In this document: positions 17,256 through 28,261 of the stretch, in pieces
How the letters are laid out: each line of letters starts with the position of its first letter
Position numbering within the stretch: position 1 is the stretch's first letter
IMG/VR virus record: IMGVR_UViG_3300045988_144418
Coordinates: 37,631 to 101,630 of that record
Length of the DNA: 64,000 bases
DNA from: a virus
Strand: one strand, 5' to 3'
Translations under genes and position numbers: made by a program
Notes under the pieces: generated by a model
Database searches by the model: none
The model's input: only the letters and a program-made list of their open reading frames with translations
What the model was told of the DNA's origin: nothing

Positions 17256-20200
17256 GACAGGAATTTGAACAGTATCTACAGAGGAACCTGATGTCATATA
17301 CGGAGGTCAGTCCTTATGTGTATGAAATAGATGGTAGGACATTCGAACTCTATAAGCCTGACAATGATGGCGCATTGTTTGACGATGACTTCAGGTTTAC
17401 AGGCATTCCGGCCAATTTAGCGAGATACACCTCCACTGAGAAAACGGTGGACACACAGTGTGACTTTTATGCCTATAAGTTTGGAGGAGTGTGGTATATG
17501 CTTCCAAGGGATGATAGAGACAAGGTTAAGTTGAAGCGCCTGAAATATCTTGGGGAAGCGGTGCAGGAGATTCCAACACCTGTCTTTATGGGTGTTCATG
17601 GTCAGTATGAGATTATGTCGGGCTCCGGAACGTATGCTGATTGGTGTGCAAAGGCGAAGTTCTACGGTGTTACGACACTTGGTATCTGTGAGAAGAACAC
17701 TTTGTCGGGTGTCTTGAAATTTCAGGTGGAATGTCAGAAGAACGGCCTGAAGCCTGTTATCGGGATGGAATGCACTGTATATGATATTGTCAAGGACTTT
17801 AGGTTCACGGCCAAGGTGTTTGTCAGAAATGAGGTGGGTTGGCAGAGCATCCTCACTATGTCGGAAGCCATTAACTGTGATAATCCTGGGTATATTCTCA
17901 TTGACCAGTTTAGAGAGGAAATAAGCCGAAATGCGGAAGGATTGGTGGTGGTTGCAGACCCCAAGACGACTGACTATGACAAGTTCGCTGAAATCGGTCT
18001 AAAAATAGATTACTATCAACTTGACCCTGTTAGATATGCGGAAGAATCTCGTGATGAAGTGTATTTGAAGAACCTGAGAAAATTTTATCATAGTGGTATG
18101 CTTGCTCTTCCTATGGCTGATGCTTGGTATCTGGACGAGGAGTATAGCTGTATCAGATCGAGACTTGCAAGCATAGGTGGATCTAACTTTTATGACAGTG
18201 ATGATCAGTGGTTTAAGCCGAATGATGTATTGTTCTGTCAGCTTGCTGACATGTTTCCAAGCACGGATGATGGTCTGGGGCTTGCGTACCAGGACTTTTT
18301 AGATGGGCTTGAAAGGTTGATGGATCTTGCTGATAGCATTGGCTTTATCGTGGACACAACCAAACGCCATCTTCTACGCTACATTATGACAGAGGATGAA
18401 GCCGCTAAGTATGTCACCAATGAGGATATGTTCTGGGGGCTTATTGACGAGGGACTTCAGCGGCATCCTGAGCTGATTGAACAGTACGGTGAGGATGTGG
18501 TGATGGAACGCATTGATAGAGAAGTTGGTGTAATTAAGTTGGGGGATACAATCGATTACTTCCTAATTACGAGGGATATTGTGAATTGGTGTCATCATAA
18601 TGATATTATGACAGGTATATCCAGAGGTTCGGCAGGAGGGTGTCTTATCTCGTATCTTCTTGGGATCACAAAGTTGGATCCAATAGGCTATAATCTACTT
18701 TTTGAGAGGTTTTTGAACGAGGGTCGTGTAAAGAAAAGTCTTCCTGATATAGATACGGATTTCCCTGGAGAAGACCGAGGAAAAGTCAAGCAGTATATGG
18801 AACAACGATTTGGGGAGGTTAATGTCTGTTCTGTGGGTACTTATTCCGCCTTGCAGCTGAGAGCGGCTATCAAGGACATGTCTCGTGTGTATGGGCTGGA
18901 GTTTCAAGAGGTGAATGATATGATGAAACTCTTTGCCGTGGATGATCGTAAGCCTGAAGACCTGTTTAGGATAGCGTGTGCACAGCCACGTGTGAAGAAG
19001 TTTGTTAGAGAGCATTCTGACTTGGTGAATGAGGTGATGCTGATTATGCCAGCCCCCAAGGCACGTTCCGTTCACGCCTGTGCCACTATGATATTTCCGA
19101 AGGAGCACGATATGTTTCACTGGACACCTATTCGCAAACAGAACGGAGAGTATGTGACTGAGTGGGAGGGTGGTGAAATGGACGGTGCAGGATTTCTGAA
19201 GAATGATATCTTGGGTATTAAGCAGCTTGATAAATTTCAGAATATGGTGCGTCTTGTCAAGGAGAACGAGGGTGTTGATGTGGATATTTTCAATGTGCCG
19301 CTTGACGATTCAGAGGTGTATCGTTACTTTCAGAACGGCTGGACGGAGGATAATTTTCACTTCGGCTCTCGTGGTTTGACAGGCTACTGTAAGGAGATGA
19401 AGCCTGAAAACATAGAGGACTTGATTGTGGCCATCGCCCTGTATCGTCCTGGAGCAATGGAGAACGGCTTCCATACGGAGTATGTTAAGCGTAAGGAGGG
19501 TGCGCCTGTAAGTTACTTTGTAGGTTCCGAGGAAATTCTTTCCAATACTTATGGGATTTTCTGTTTTCAGGAACAGATCATGGAGTTGTGTAAGCATCTT
19601 GGGGGGCTTTCACTTGTGGAAGCTGATGACGTGCGAAAGGCGATGGTGAAGAAGAAGTACGAAGCACTTCATCAGTATCATCCAAGATTTGTTGACAACT
19701 ATGTGACACAGTTCGGTGTCACGAATGAATATGCTGAAAGTGTGTGGGATGCTATTGACAAGGCTTCCACTTACCTGTTTAACCGTTCTCATGCTGTCGC
19801 CTATGCTCTTACTGGCTATATCTCGCAGTGGATGAAAGTACACTACCCAATAGAATACTGGAGTGTTGCGTTCAAGGAAGCGATGACGGAGGATTACCCT
19901 CGCTATATTGCTGAGATTAACAAGACAGGTGTCTGCACGGTGAGGTCTGTGGATATCAATCTGTCGGGAACAGGCGTGTATATTGACTTTGCGGCCAGAA
20001 CGCTCTATTGGTCTGTCACAGGCGTTAAGCAGGTGGCTGAAAAGGCGGCTACACAGATACTCAAGGAACGTGATGAGAATGGTAGGTATTGGTCTTTGGA
20101 TGACTTTGTGACACGACATAAGTGGAAAGGGTCAGCGGTGAACACGAGGGTTGTGCAGAATCTTATTCTCGCAGGGGCATTTGATGACGTGGAGAACATC

Positions 20201-20734
20201 ACTGATGCCTCTCAGAGGGTGGAACTATTGATATCCTATCTTGCTTCCACAAAAAACAAGTTGAATGAGACTGATCCTATTATAGCAGGGTTTGACATTC
20301 ACAGGAATGATGCTTGGTGGTGGCAGCTTATGCAGAAGAAACTTTCAGGGCTTGCATTCTTTGACTATGCAGGTCTTTATGACAAGGTGAAGCAGTTTTT
20401 CCCTGTTGACTATGAGTATTATACCTTTGAGGAATGTAGTGACGTGGAATATCGTCCTAACAGGGGATATGTCATTGTTGGTGGGTATGTGTCAGCGATA
20501 GACCTGAAAAAAACCAAGAAAGGAGACATTCTATGCCGTATAACACTGGAGAACAACTATGAGTTTCTGGACTTGGTTGTATTCCAGACGGAATATGAGC
20601 GGCTTCAGGAGGAGATTGCTGCAAGCAAGGATAATATCGTGCTTTTGAATGCAACACTTTACTATGACGCACGGAATGATAAAAACGCCTTGCGTGCTGA
20701 TATGGAGACATCCATTGTGACATTTAAGTTATAA
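17252..20734 (+). CDS. dnaE: DNA polymerase III alpha subunit (DnaE-type, N-terminal PHP domain)
   Basis: 1160 aa. PHP start FMGVHGQYEIMSGSGT, palm signature GRVKKSLPDIDTDFP, then GISRGSAGGCLISYLLGITKLDP and FNRSHAVAYA. Confidence 0.85.
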   Translation: MRQEFEQYLQRNLMSYTEVSPYVYEIDGRTFELYKPDNDGALFDDDFRFTGIPANLARYTSTEKTVDTQCDFYAYKFGGVWYMLPRDDRDKVKLKRLKYLGEAVQEIPTPVFMGVHGQYEIMSGSGTYADWCAKAKFYGVTTLGICEKNTLSGVLKFQVECQKNGLKPVIGMECTVYDIVKDFRFTAKVFVRNEVGWQSILTMSEAINCDNPGYILIDQFREEISRNAEGLVVVADPKTTDYDKFAEIGLKIDYYQLDPVRYAEESRDEVYLKNLRKFYHSGMLALPMADAWYLDEEYSCIRSRLASIGGSNFYDSDDQWFKPNDVLFCQLADMFPSTDDGLGLAYQDFLDGLERLMDLADSIGFIVDTTKRHLLRYIMTEDEAAKYVTNEDMFWGLIDEGLQRHPELIEQYGEDVVMERIDREVGVIKLGDTIDYFLITRDIVNWCHHNDIMTGISRGSAGGCLISYLLGITKLDPIGYNLLFERFLNEGRVKKSLPDIDTDFPGEDRGKVKQYMEQRFGEVNVCSVGTYSALQLRAAIKDMSRVYGLEFQEVNDMMKLFAVDDRKPEDLFRIACAQPRVKKFVREHSDLVNEVMLIMPAPKARSVHACATMIFPKEHDMFHWTPIRKQNGEYVTEWEGGEMDGAGFLKNDILGIKQLDKFQNMVRLVKENEGVDVDIFNVPLDDSEVYRYFQNGWTEDNFHFGSRGLTGYCKEMKPENIEDLIVAIALYRPGAMENGFHTEYVKRKEGAPVSYFVGSEEILSNTYGIFCFQEQIMELCKHLGGLSLVEADDVRKAMVKKKYEALHQYHPRFVDNYVTQFGVTNEYAESVWDAIDKASTYLFNRSHAVAYALTGYISQWMKVHYPIEYWSVAFKEAMTEDYPRYIAEINKTGVCTVRSVDINLSGTGVYIDFAARTLYWSVTGVKQVAEKAATQILKERDENGRYWSLDDFVTRHKWKGSAVNTRVVQNLILAGAFDDVENITDASQRVELLISYLASTKNKLNETDPIIAGFDIHRNDAWWWQLMQKKLSGLAFFDYAGLYDKVKQFFPVDYEYYTFEECSDVEYRPNRGYVIVGGYVSAIDLKKTKKGDILCRITLENNYEFLDLVVFQTEYERLQEEIAASKDNIVLLNATLYYDARNDKNALRADMETSIVTFKL

Positions 20735-20750
20735 CTAATACACACGAATT

Positions 20751-21281
20751 ATGATAATTACAACACACTTTGCGAATGTTCCGGTGGAACTGGAGACAAA
20801 CGGCTTTGACGGTCGAATAGACATAGACCGCCTGACAAGTATTGACTATCAGAATCTGTTCGGAGAGGCCGTCACCGTAAGTGCCCTCCTTAACAAGGTG
20901 GGTCTCCTGAGAGCGGAAGCCGAAAAGGCTGTGGCTGAGAAGAAACTGGAGAAGGACATCTATGAAGCCGACAGGAAGAAATTCTATCGTAGACAGGCGC
21001 AGAAGAACGGTGGTAAGTTCTTCTTTGACAATGACGAGATAAAGATGTCAGAAAAGGCTCTTGAGGAGGTTATTCTCCTTGATGAGGACTATCAGCAGCT
21101 GTCCTGTGAACTTATAGAAGCCCAGAAGAACTTCGCCATTCTGGACACGTTACAGTGGTCAGTGCAGGACAAGAGCCGCAAGCTGAACAATCTCCTGAAG
21201 CCTGTCACTCCAGCGGAGTTTCTGCAGGAGCTTGTGGAGGGTGAAGTGAACTCCTTCCTAATACGTAAGAAAGGATTTTGA
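20751..21281 (+). CDS. hypothetical coiled-coil protein
   Basis: 176-aa ORF. No motif recognised. Confidence 0.45.
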   Translation: MIITTHFANVPVELETNGFDGRIDIDRLTSIDYQNLFGEAVTVSALLNKVGLLRAEAEKAVAEKKLEKDIYEADRKKFYRRQAQKNGGKFFFDNDEIKMSEKALEEVILLDEDYQQLSCELIEAQKNFAILDTLQWSVQDKSRKLNNLLKPVTPAEFLQELVEGEVNSFLIRKKGF

Positions 21282-21300
21282 AGAATTCCTGATAAACTTC

Positions 21301-21330
21301 TTGGATATTCAAGAAAATTGACTACCTTTG
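21301..21330 (+). promoter_or_regulatory. conserved phage promoter, copy 2
   Basis: TTGGATATTCAAGAAAATTGAC-TACCTTTG, with the leader gtaatcattaaatca before the ATG at 21356. Confidence 0.65.
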
Positions 21331-21355
21331 CAGTGTAATCATTAAATCACACGTT

Positions 21356-21619
21356 ATGAAAACACTTACAAGCAAAGAAATTGCACAGTTGATTCAGGAA
21401 AAGGTTCAGGATCGCAAGATTGAGTTAGGTGTTAACTTTACATATTACGATAAGATTCTTAAAAAGGATCGTTCAGATGTTCTTTGTGCAGTAGATTATT
21501 TATATAGAGGTAATTGCTGTCATGTCGGTGTTCAATTATTGAATGAAGGGTGGGTTAATTATAGGGACTTCAACTATTCAGATAGAAGACAGCTTGAACT
21601 GTTCATTAGGAATGCTTAA
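21356..21619 (+). CDS. hypothetical protein
   Basis: 87-aa ORF directly downstream of a promoter plus leader motif. Confidence 0.45.
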   Translation: MKTLTSKEIAQLIQEKVQDRKIELGVNFTYYDKILKKDRSDVLCAVDYLYRGNCCHVGVQLLNEGWVNYRDFNYSDRRQLELFIRNA

Positions 21620-21661
21620 TGAGAAATCGTTTATTTATTAACAAATTCATAACAACGAATT

Positions 21662-23077
21662 ATGGCAAGTTTTAACAGAGACAGATTTAGGGCTACTCCC
21701 CTGTCAACGGTGAATTCAACTGTCACCGAGACGAAGCAGTACGACACCTTTTACGGTGGAAACAGTGATTATGCACCGTTCTTTAAGAATGTGGAGGGCG
21801 TGACCGTCAAGAGGGTGCTTCCAGCGCACGAGCCTGGAGACAGCCCGTATGTTCCTATGATGACCTCAATGCTTGAGTGTGAGGTTGAGGACAAGAAGGA
21901 CGGTGTGGTTATTGGCAAGAAGATTGCCAAGAAGAAGATCTTCATCGCCACGCTTCATGCAGGGTCAAAGTATGACATCATTGATGAGTACATCAAGAGG
22001 GTCTATGCCCTTGCAGAGCAGTATCAGGACAAGGACGAGCGTAGCCGCTTCCTTAACCCCATAACTGGGTATCGTATGGGCAAGCAGTGGGTGTCAGGAA
22101 TTCGTCCACAGCTGGAGTACGTTTACTATGCGCTTATCAACGGTCAGATCTATAGGGACAGCCTGAAGCCGAAGCAGATGGAAGCCCTCAACAAGGAATC
22201 CGCTGAGATGTGTGCTCAGGATGACACAGCCGCAATCGACATCTTCAGTGACCCTACGACTGGATATCCTATTCAGTGGTCACGTGAAAAGGATGAGAAC
22301 GGCAAGACGGTTGAGGTGCTCAAGGCATTGCCGCTCCCTCGTACAATGTCCTGGGATCAGTACTTTGAGAAGTATGCCGTTCCTGACAGGGTGCTGGAGG
22401 ATCTTCTCAAGCTTCCTTCCCTGAAAAGCCTGTATGTCGGCTCCTATCGCAAGAAGGACTTTGAGTATGCACTGGATGGTCTGAAGAGGTTTGATCAGAA
22501 CAATAACTACAACATCTTCGCTGATGAGGACTATCTGGACTACATCGAGCGAGCGGAAGCCGAGCTTTCCAAGAAGTGGGGGTCAGAGGGTGATGATTCA
22601 GCCTCACAGCCACAGGCAACATCTCAGGTGGAAACTTCAGTGAAGCCGAAGCCTCTTGCAAAGAAGCCGACGGCTAAAAAGGCCGCTCCGGAGGAGACGA
22701 AGGAGCCGACGCTGGAGGAGAAGTTGAAAGTAATCAACGAGGAGTTCGTTAGGCAGTACGGCAACGAGTATGAGGACATCACCGCTGATGTCCTTGGTGA
22801 TGACCTTGATTCCACCTATGCTCTTGCAGTCAAGAAGGAGGATCTCGGTTACGACCTTGACCATGTTCCTGGATGGGACGCAAAGCCTGAAGTTCCTGCA
22901 AAGCCGAAGCCAAAGGCAGCACCAAAGGTGGAGGAACCGAAGTCGGAACCTGAAGCAGCCCCAGAACCACAGCCGCAGACAGCAGCCGCTCCACAGCCAT
23001 CAGGCAACGCAACGGCACAGTCCGCTCTTGAACGAATCAAGGCTATGCGTGAGAGAGCCAAGCAGAACAAGCAGTAA
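21662..23077 (+). CDS. hypothetical protein with Pro/Lys/Ala/Glu-rich C-terminal tail (possible ssDNA-binding or recombination-mediator role)
   Basis: 471-aa ORF. The C-terminal 150 aa are low complexity (KPKPLAKKPTAKKAAPEE ... PKPKAAPKVEEPKSEPEAAPEP). It sits between a strong promoter and a clean terminator, just upstream of SbcD/RecA/SbcC. The function is a guess. Confidence 0.45.
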   Translation: MASFNRDRFRATPLSTVNSTVTETKQYDTFYGGNSDYAPFFKNVEGVTVKRVLPAHEPGDSPYVPMMTSMLECEVEDKKDGVVIGKKIAKKKIFIATLHAGSKYDIIDEYIKRVYALAEQYQDKDERSRFLNPITGYRMGKQWVSGIRPQLEYVYYALINGQIYRDSLKPKQMEALNKESAEMCAQDDTAAIDIFSDPTTGYPIQWSREKDENGKTVEVLKALPLPRTMSWDQYFEKYAVPDRVLEDLLKLPSLKSLYVGSYRKKDFEYALDGLKRFDQNNNYNIFADEDYLDYIERAEAELSKKWGSEGDDSASQPQATSQVETSVKPKPLAKKPTAKKAAPEETKEPTLEEKLKVINEEFVRQYGNEYEDITADVLGDDLDSTYALAVKKEDLGYDLDHVPGWDAKPEVPAKPKPKAAPKVEEPKSEPEAAPEPQPQTAAAPQPSGNATAQSALERIKAMRERAKQNKQ

Positions 23078-23095
23078 CAAAGTGATGGTATGATT

Positions 23096-23125
23096 GAGGG
23101 GTGGCTGAAACCACCCCTTTATTTC
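23096..23125 (+). terminator. rho-independent terminator
   Basis: aggggtgg-ctgaaa-ccacccct followed by ttatttc. Confidence 0.7.
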
Positions 23126-23132
23126 AATTCTT

Positions 23133-24158
23133 ATGAAACAACCTTTAGCGATAATCAGCACCGATTGGCATCTCAAGACTGACAACAAGGAATCTATTTT
23201 GAGCATTGCGAAGCAGGAGATTCAGTCGGCTCAGGATCGTGGTGTGGACACGGTTATATGGCTTGGTGATATGTTTGACAGCAGAACAAGCCAGAGTCAG
23301 GAACTTCTTACCTTTATGGATAGCATTCTGAATATGTACTATCTTGCAGGGTTGACCGTACACTGCATTCCTGGAAACCACGATAAGACAGACTATGGGG
23401 ATGACAGAAGTTTTTTGACAGTGTTCAAGTATCATCCTGACTTTCATCTTCATGAAACGCCTGATATGGTGGATTTTGGTGGCGTGAAGTTCTGGTTTAT
23501 GCCGTTTTATCGGCAGGATGTGTATCTGGATAGATTTCAGATGTGTATGCCGTTGGGTCGATGTGTTCTGTTTAGTCATACGGCTATCTCAGGTTCAATT
23601 AACAATGACGGCAGTAAGGTGGAATCACCTATCAATGCTTCACTGTTTAAGGGGTTTGAAAAGGTCTTTCTTGGGCACTATCATAATAGACAGCAGCCAG
23701 CGAAGAATATCTTTCATCTACCGAGTGTTCAGCAGAACAATTTTGGGGAGGATGAGGATAAGGGTTTTACCGTGCTATATGATGACTTATCCTTTGAACT
23801 TGTAAGGTCGGTTTTTAAGCCTTACAAAGAGATTGTGGTTGATGCACGGACAGTCACCTCGGAGGAACTTGTGGAACTCTCTAAATCGTCCGTTGATGGG
23901 GTGAACTTGCGTCTTACATTCACGGGAGATCAACAGGCGGTGAAGAAGATTGATCGTAAGAAGTTTACAGCCGTCGGCATAAGTGTGCAGGTCAAGTATG
24001 ATGATGTTGATGTGGATGAAGTGGATAGACAGCAGGACATTGTTGCTATGACTGGAACAAATATTGCAGAGAAATTTGAGGAATTCTGTAAGGAAAAAGG
24101 TTATGATTATGTAAGGGGCTATGAATTATTAAAGGAGGTAATGAAATGGCAGGAATAG
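23133..24158 (+). CDS. sbcD: SbcD/Mre11-family nuclease
   Basis: Calcineurin-like phosphoesterase motifs: ISTDWHL, LGDMFD, IPGNHD, LGHYH. Confidence 0.8.
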   Translation: MKQPLAIISTDWHLKTDNKESILSIAKQEIQSAQDRGVDTVIWLGDMFDSRTSQSQELLTFMDSILNMYYLAGLTVHCIPGNHDKTDYGDDRSFLTVFKYHPDFHLHETPDMVDFGGVKFWFMPFYRQDVYLDRFQMCMPLGRCVLFSHTAISGSINNDGSKVESPINASLFKGFEKVFLGHYHNRQQPAKNIFHLPSVQQNNFGEDEDKGFTVLYDDLSFELVRSVFKPYKEIVVDARTVTSEELVELSKSSVDGVNLRLTFTGDQQAVKKIDRKKFTAVGISVQVKYDDVDVDEVDRQQDIVAMTGTNIAEKFEEFCKEKGYDYVRGYELLKEVMKWQE

Positions 24159-25108
24159 AAGAACTTGTATCAACATTGCAGAAGAAGTTCGGCAAGGAGA
24201 TTGTGGCTGGAAACACTTCACAGGAGGTAACTTTCATATCATCAGGCAGTATGGGTCTTGACTTGGCTCTGGGTGGTGGATACCCTCTCGGCAGAATAGT
24301 GGAACTCAGAGGGTATGAATCCAGTGGCAAGACAACGCTTGCTCTGACAGCTTGTGCAAGCATACAGAAACAGACAGGCAAGGCGATTGTCTATGTGGAC
24401 AGAGAGAACGCCATTGATATGGACTATGTTAAGGCACTGGGTGTGGATATTTCACCACAGATGTTCATTCTTACACAGGCCGGAACGGCTGAGGAGTGTC
24501 TGGAGATTATACGTGAATCAGCGAAGTCTGATGCAGTGGGTGGCATCGTTATGGATTCAGTGGCCGCTATGTTTCCACGATGCTATCTGGAAGCGGAGGT
24601 GGGGGATGCCAAGATGGGTGTTCTGGCACGTCTGATGTCAGCGTGGCTTCCAGGGATTGTGGGTGACTTGAAAAGAAACAACATTATCGCTTTATTTATC
24701 AATCAGTATCGTGAAAAGATAGGTGTGATGTATGGTTCGCCTAAGACAACCCCAGGAGGAAAGAGTTTGGGTTTTTACGCAAGTCAGATTCTGGATATTG
24801 CCAAGTCAGGTGTTATTGGTGACAAGGGTGAGGAATCAGCCATTCACGTTAAGGTGCGTGTGGAAAAGAACAAGGTTGCTCCACCGTTGCGTAAGGCGGA
24901 GTTTGATATTCGCTTCGGTGAGGGTGTGGACAGAGCGTCCGAGGTGCTTGACCTTGCCGTTGAATATGGTGTTGTGGACAAGAAAGGATCGTTCTTCCGT
25001 TATAACGGTGACTTAATCGGTCAGGGTTCGGAAAAGGCAAGGACTTTTCTTGCTGACAATCTTGAACTGATGCAGGAGATAGAAGCAAAGGTGACTGAAA
25101 AGATTTAG
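24146..25108 (+). CDS. recA: RecA recombinase
   Basis: SGSMGLDLALGGGYPLGRIVELRGYESSGKTTLAL and a bacterial RecA-like core throughout. Confidence 0.9.
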   Translation: MAGIEELVSTLQKKFGKEIVAGNTSQEVTFISSGSMGLDLALGGGYPLGRIVELRGYESSGKTTLALTACASIQKQTGKAIVYVDRENAIDMDYVKALGVDISPQMFILTQAGTAEECLEIIRESAKSDAVGGIVMDSVAAMFPRCYLEAEVGDAKMGVLARLMSAWLPGIVGDLKRNNIIALFINQYREKIGVMYGSPKTTPGGKSLGFYASQILDIAKSGVIGDKGEESAIHVKVRVEKNKVAPPLRKAEFDIRFGEGVDRASEVLDLAVEYGVVDKKGSFFRYNGDLIGQGSEKARTFLADNLELMQEIEAKVTEKI

Positions 25109-25112
25109 GCTT

Positions 25113-27107
25113 ATGAGGCTGGAAACGTTAAGATTAAAGAATTTTCTCTCTTTTAAGGAATTGAACCATACATTTCGTAATGGGGCAATCCTTATACAGG
25201 GGCGCAACCTTACGGAGGACAGTAAGGAGACAAACGGTGCAGGAAAGTCAACGATGGAAGCAGGAATCTCCTATGCGTTGATGGCCACACCACTTCGTAA
25301 GCAGACACTTGATAGAGATTTGATAAGGTGGGGTGAGGATGAAGCGGAGATTGAACTGACGGTGTTCTGTCCAGTGCGTAGTCAGCGACTACGTATATTT
25401 AGGAGGATACGTGTTAAGGGGTCAGCGACACTGGAACTGTACCTGAATGAACAGTCTGTGCAGTTTGCTTCCGTGCTGGAGGGTAATAGGTATATTCTGG
25501 ACTGGATAGCGATAACACCTGAGGACTTGAAGTCCTTTTACATCCTGAACAAGGAGAACTACAAGTCATTTTTGAGCGCATCCAACACGGACAAGCTCGC
25601 TTTGATCAATCGTTTTATGAAAGCGGAGCGACTGGAGGCGGCTGATGATGTCATAAAGGAGCAAAGTGCTCCTTATGTTGAGAAGCGTGATGCGGCTCAG
25701 AGAAAGGTCTTTTCCATTGAAGGCGAATTAAACGCCTATAAGGGTCAGTTGGTCTATGAGCAGTCCCGTAACCTTGATGAGGAGCTGGAGCAGCAGGTGG
25801 CGACGATTAACGAGCAAATAGAGCAGTATGGGCGGAAGATTCAGGCATGTGATGATGATAGTAGGCGAGTGGAGAAATCCAGGGGTGAAGTTGAAGCCGA
25901 TATCACGCAGAGGAGGGAAAGCCTGGACACGGTGAAGCGGTCACTCGAAGCGATGGTCGCCGACAACAGCCTTGAACGGCAGAAGGAATCCATTAGGCAG
26001 GAGCGTCAAGGGTTGGACAATGCCGCCTTTGAAGCCAGAAACTTTCGCAGTGAGGAACATAGACAACTTGATGAAACGAACAGAAAGTTGGCTGAACTAA
26101 ACAAAATGCTTGCAGGTGTGGTCACGTGTCCACACTGTCATCACAGATTCCTACTTAATGATACGGAACGTTCTGTTGCTGAACTGGAGAATGAGAAAGT
26201 TGCTGTAACATACGATGTGGACGCTCACAGTAGTGCAATAGAGGAGGTTAATGCGGTGCTTGATGAACTTGCGGCTGATCTTTCCACTTATGACTGCAAG
26301 GAAAAGGAGCTTGCTGAAGCGATGAACAGGCGTGATGCTGAGATGTCAACATTGCGTAGGCAGGTGGCTGACGCCGAGCGTGTTATCTATGCCAAGGAGG
26401 CCGTATTGGGTCAGTGCAGTGAAACTGTTAGGCGTAATAACTCCACCATTGAAAGTCTGCGGAAGGACATTCAGCAGGAACAGCAAAGGATTGCTGTGCT
26501 TATGGAGGATGGTATTCAGACCAAGGTCGAGGATTATAAGGGACTGATAACCCTGACAGAGAAGAAGCTGGATCGTGCTCAGAAGGAACTTGAAAAGGCG
26601 GAGGGTGAGCTTGGAGAACTTCAGCAGTGGGGTCAGCGGTTTAAGGACTTCAGAATGTCACTTGCCTGTGGACAGTTAAAGGTTATTCAGGATGTGGCCA
26701 ATCTGTCCCTGGAAAGGCAGAAGTCTGAGCTTCGTGTGTCCATTGACGGCTTTAAGGTGAACGCCAAGGGTCAGATCAAGAGTGAGATTACGGTGCTTGT
26801 TATTAACGGTGAGGGTGAGTATAAGAGTTTCTGGTCGTACAGTGGCGGTGAGCGTGCCAGAGTGGAGATGGCTATGATTCAGGCCTTTCAGGAAATGCTG
26901 AATGCTACCAATCCTTATGGTGGGCTGGATTTTTTGATGATTGATGAAGTGCTGGAGGGGACTGACCCTCTTGGCTTGAACCTACTTATTGAATCGTTGA
27001 AGGATGTTGAAAATCCAGTTTATATCATTAGTCACGTGATGAACATTAAGGCTGGAGTGCCGACCTTGACTATCACGAAGGAAAACGGTATAAGCAGAAT
27101 AGAATGA
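25113..27107 (+). CDS. sbcC: SbcC/Rad50-family ATPase
   Basis: Walker A ETNGAGKST, long coiled coil with zinc hook CPHCHH, ABC signature YSGGERARV, Walker B FLMIDEV. Confidence 0.8.
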   Translation: MRLETLRLKNFLSFKELNHTFRNGAILIQGRNLTEDSKETNGAGKSTMEAGISYALMATPLRKQTLDRDLIRWGEDEAEIELTVFCPVRSQRLRIFRRIRVKGSATLELYLNEQSVQFASVLEGNRYILDWIAITPEDLKSFYILNKENYKSFLSASNTDKLALINRFMKAERLEAADDVIKEQSAPYVEKRDAAQRKVFSIEGELNAYKGQLVYEQSRNLDEELEQQVATINEQIEQYGRKIQACDDDSRRVEKSRGEVEADITQRRESLDTVKRSLEAMVADNSLERQKESIRQERQGLDNAAFEARNFRSEEHRQLDETNRKLAELNKMLAGVVTCPHCHHRFLLNDTERSVAELENEKVAVTYDVDAHSSAIEEVNAVLDELAADLSTYDCKEKELAEAMNRRDAEMSTLRRQVADAERVIYAKEAVLGQCSETVRRNNSTIESLRKDIQQEQQRIAVLMEDGIQTKVEDYKGLITLTEKKLDRAQKELEKAEGELGELQQWGQRFKDFRMSLACGQLKVIQDVANLSLERQKSELRVSIDGFKVNAKGQIKSEITVLVINGEGEYKSFWSYSGGERARVEMAMIQAFQEMLNATNPYGGLDFLMIDEVLEGTDPLGLNLLIESLKDVENPVYIISHVMNIKAGVPTLTITKENGISRIE

Positions 27108-27607
27108 GTGGTGTTAAAACTATAATAGGGGTGGATCCTGGAAAGGAGGGGTATATTACATTGATGATAGGTGCTTGCTTTAGACACTATCCTATTCCTA
27201 TGATAGGAAACAAGGAACTGGATATGGTGGCACTTTCATCATTGATTGTTGAGATAGCGAGCCTATGTGATCCAAGCAAAACACAGGTTGTCATAGAGGA
27301 CGTTCACGCAATATATGGAAGTTCCGCTGGAGCGACCTTTACATTCGGTGGAATAGCGTATGCGTTGCGAATGGGATTCCTTATGGTGGGGCTTCCTGTT
27401 GTGCTTGTGTCACCGAAGAAGTGGCAGAAGGAGATGTTTGAGGGGATAAAACCTGATCCAGACAAGAAAGTGATGTCCATTGCAGCAGCAAAGCGTCTGT
27501 GTCCGACAGCGGACTTGCGACGCACGCCACGATGCACCAAGCCTGATAACAACCTCACGGATTCACTCCTCATAGCGATATACGGATCAAGACACTATGT
27601 ACTATGA
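27104..27607 (+). CDS. RuvC-like Holliday junction resolvase
   Basis: IIGVDPGKEGY, VVIEDVHAIYG, LTDSLLIAIYG give the acidic catalytic residues in RuvC-fold order. Confidence 0.65.
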   Translation: MSGVKTIIGVDPGKEGYITLMIGACFRHYPIPMIGNKELDMVALSSLIVEIASLCDPSKTQVVIEDVHAIYGSSAGATFTFGGIAYALRMGFLMVGLPVVLVSPKKWQKEMFEGIKPDPDKKVMSIAAAKRLCPTADLRRTPRCTKPDNNLTDSLLIAIYGSRHYVL

Positions 27608-27957
27608 AATGGGTTTTGAAGTGTTCAAATAGAGCGAATTGTAAATTTGCTCAGGATGACAGGTGGCTGGAATCAGGTCACTATGTGCTGAAGTATGACA
27701 GGAAGCGTAAGCGAATGTTTCCAGCCTCAGATGAGGAAGTGAGGTGTCCAGTGTGCGGTGAGCCGCTTCGATGGGAGGAACAGACGGTTCCTATATCGGA
27801 CTTTGGTGTCAGCACGTTTAACGGCCTTTCAGATGAAGCGAAGAAAAAGGTGTTACGGGAGCGCTTTGATGCTGACAATAGACGCACTGGGGATGACATT
27901 AAGGCAAACAACCATCGTAGAGCGGTGGAAAAGATGATAGGTTATGACAAGCAATGA
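27604..27957 (+). CDS. hypothetical zinc-ribbon protein
   Basis: 117 aa with CSNRANC ... CPVCGEPL. Confidence 0.45.
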   Translation: MKWVLKCSNRANCKFAQDDRWLESGHYVLKYDRKRKRMFPASDEEVRCPVCGEPLRWEEQTVPISDFGVSTFNGLSDEAKKKVLRERFDADNRRTGDDIKANNHRRAVEKMIGYDKQ

Positions 27958-28261
27958 AATGTTTTTGGATGCCTGTCAGGGCATCGTGATGAACTGCAAC
28001 AGGCAGATTCTTGTGATTAGGATTATGGATGAGTGGCGTGCAGTGCTCACGCAGTATGTTCGTCTTCCTAACAGGGAGGTTCGCTATTCAGAGGTGTCAG
28101 GTCAGGACATAACTCGAATTGTGAAGAATGTTCAGAGTAATTTCCAGAGCATGACGGAACAGCGTCTGGATGAGTTGGTGCAGTCAATATGTGTTCAGAC
28201 ATTTAAGTTTGAAACGAAGGATTATATCTGGCTGACCAAGGTGGATTTGAATCGAGGCTGA
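27944..28261 (+). CDS. hypothetical protein
   Basis: 105-aa ORF overlapping the upstream gene by 14 nt. Confidence 0.4.
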   Translation: MTSNEMFLDACQGIVMNCNRQILVIRIMDEWRAVLTQYVRLPNREVRYSEVSGQDITRIVKNVQSNFQSMTEQRLDELVQSICVQTFKFETKDYIWLTKVDLNRG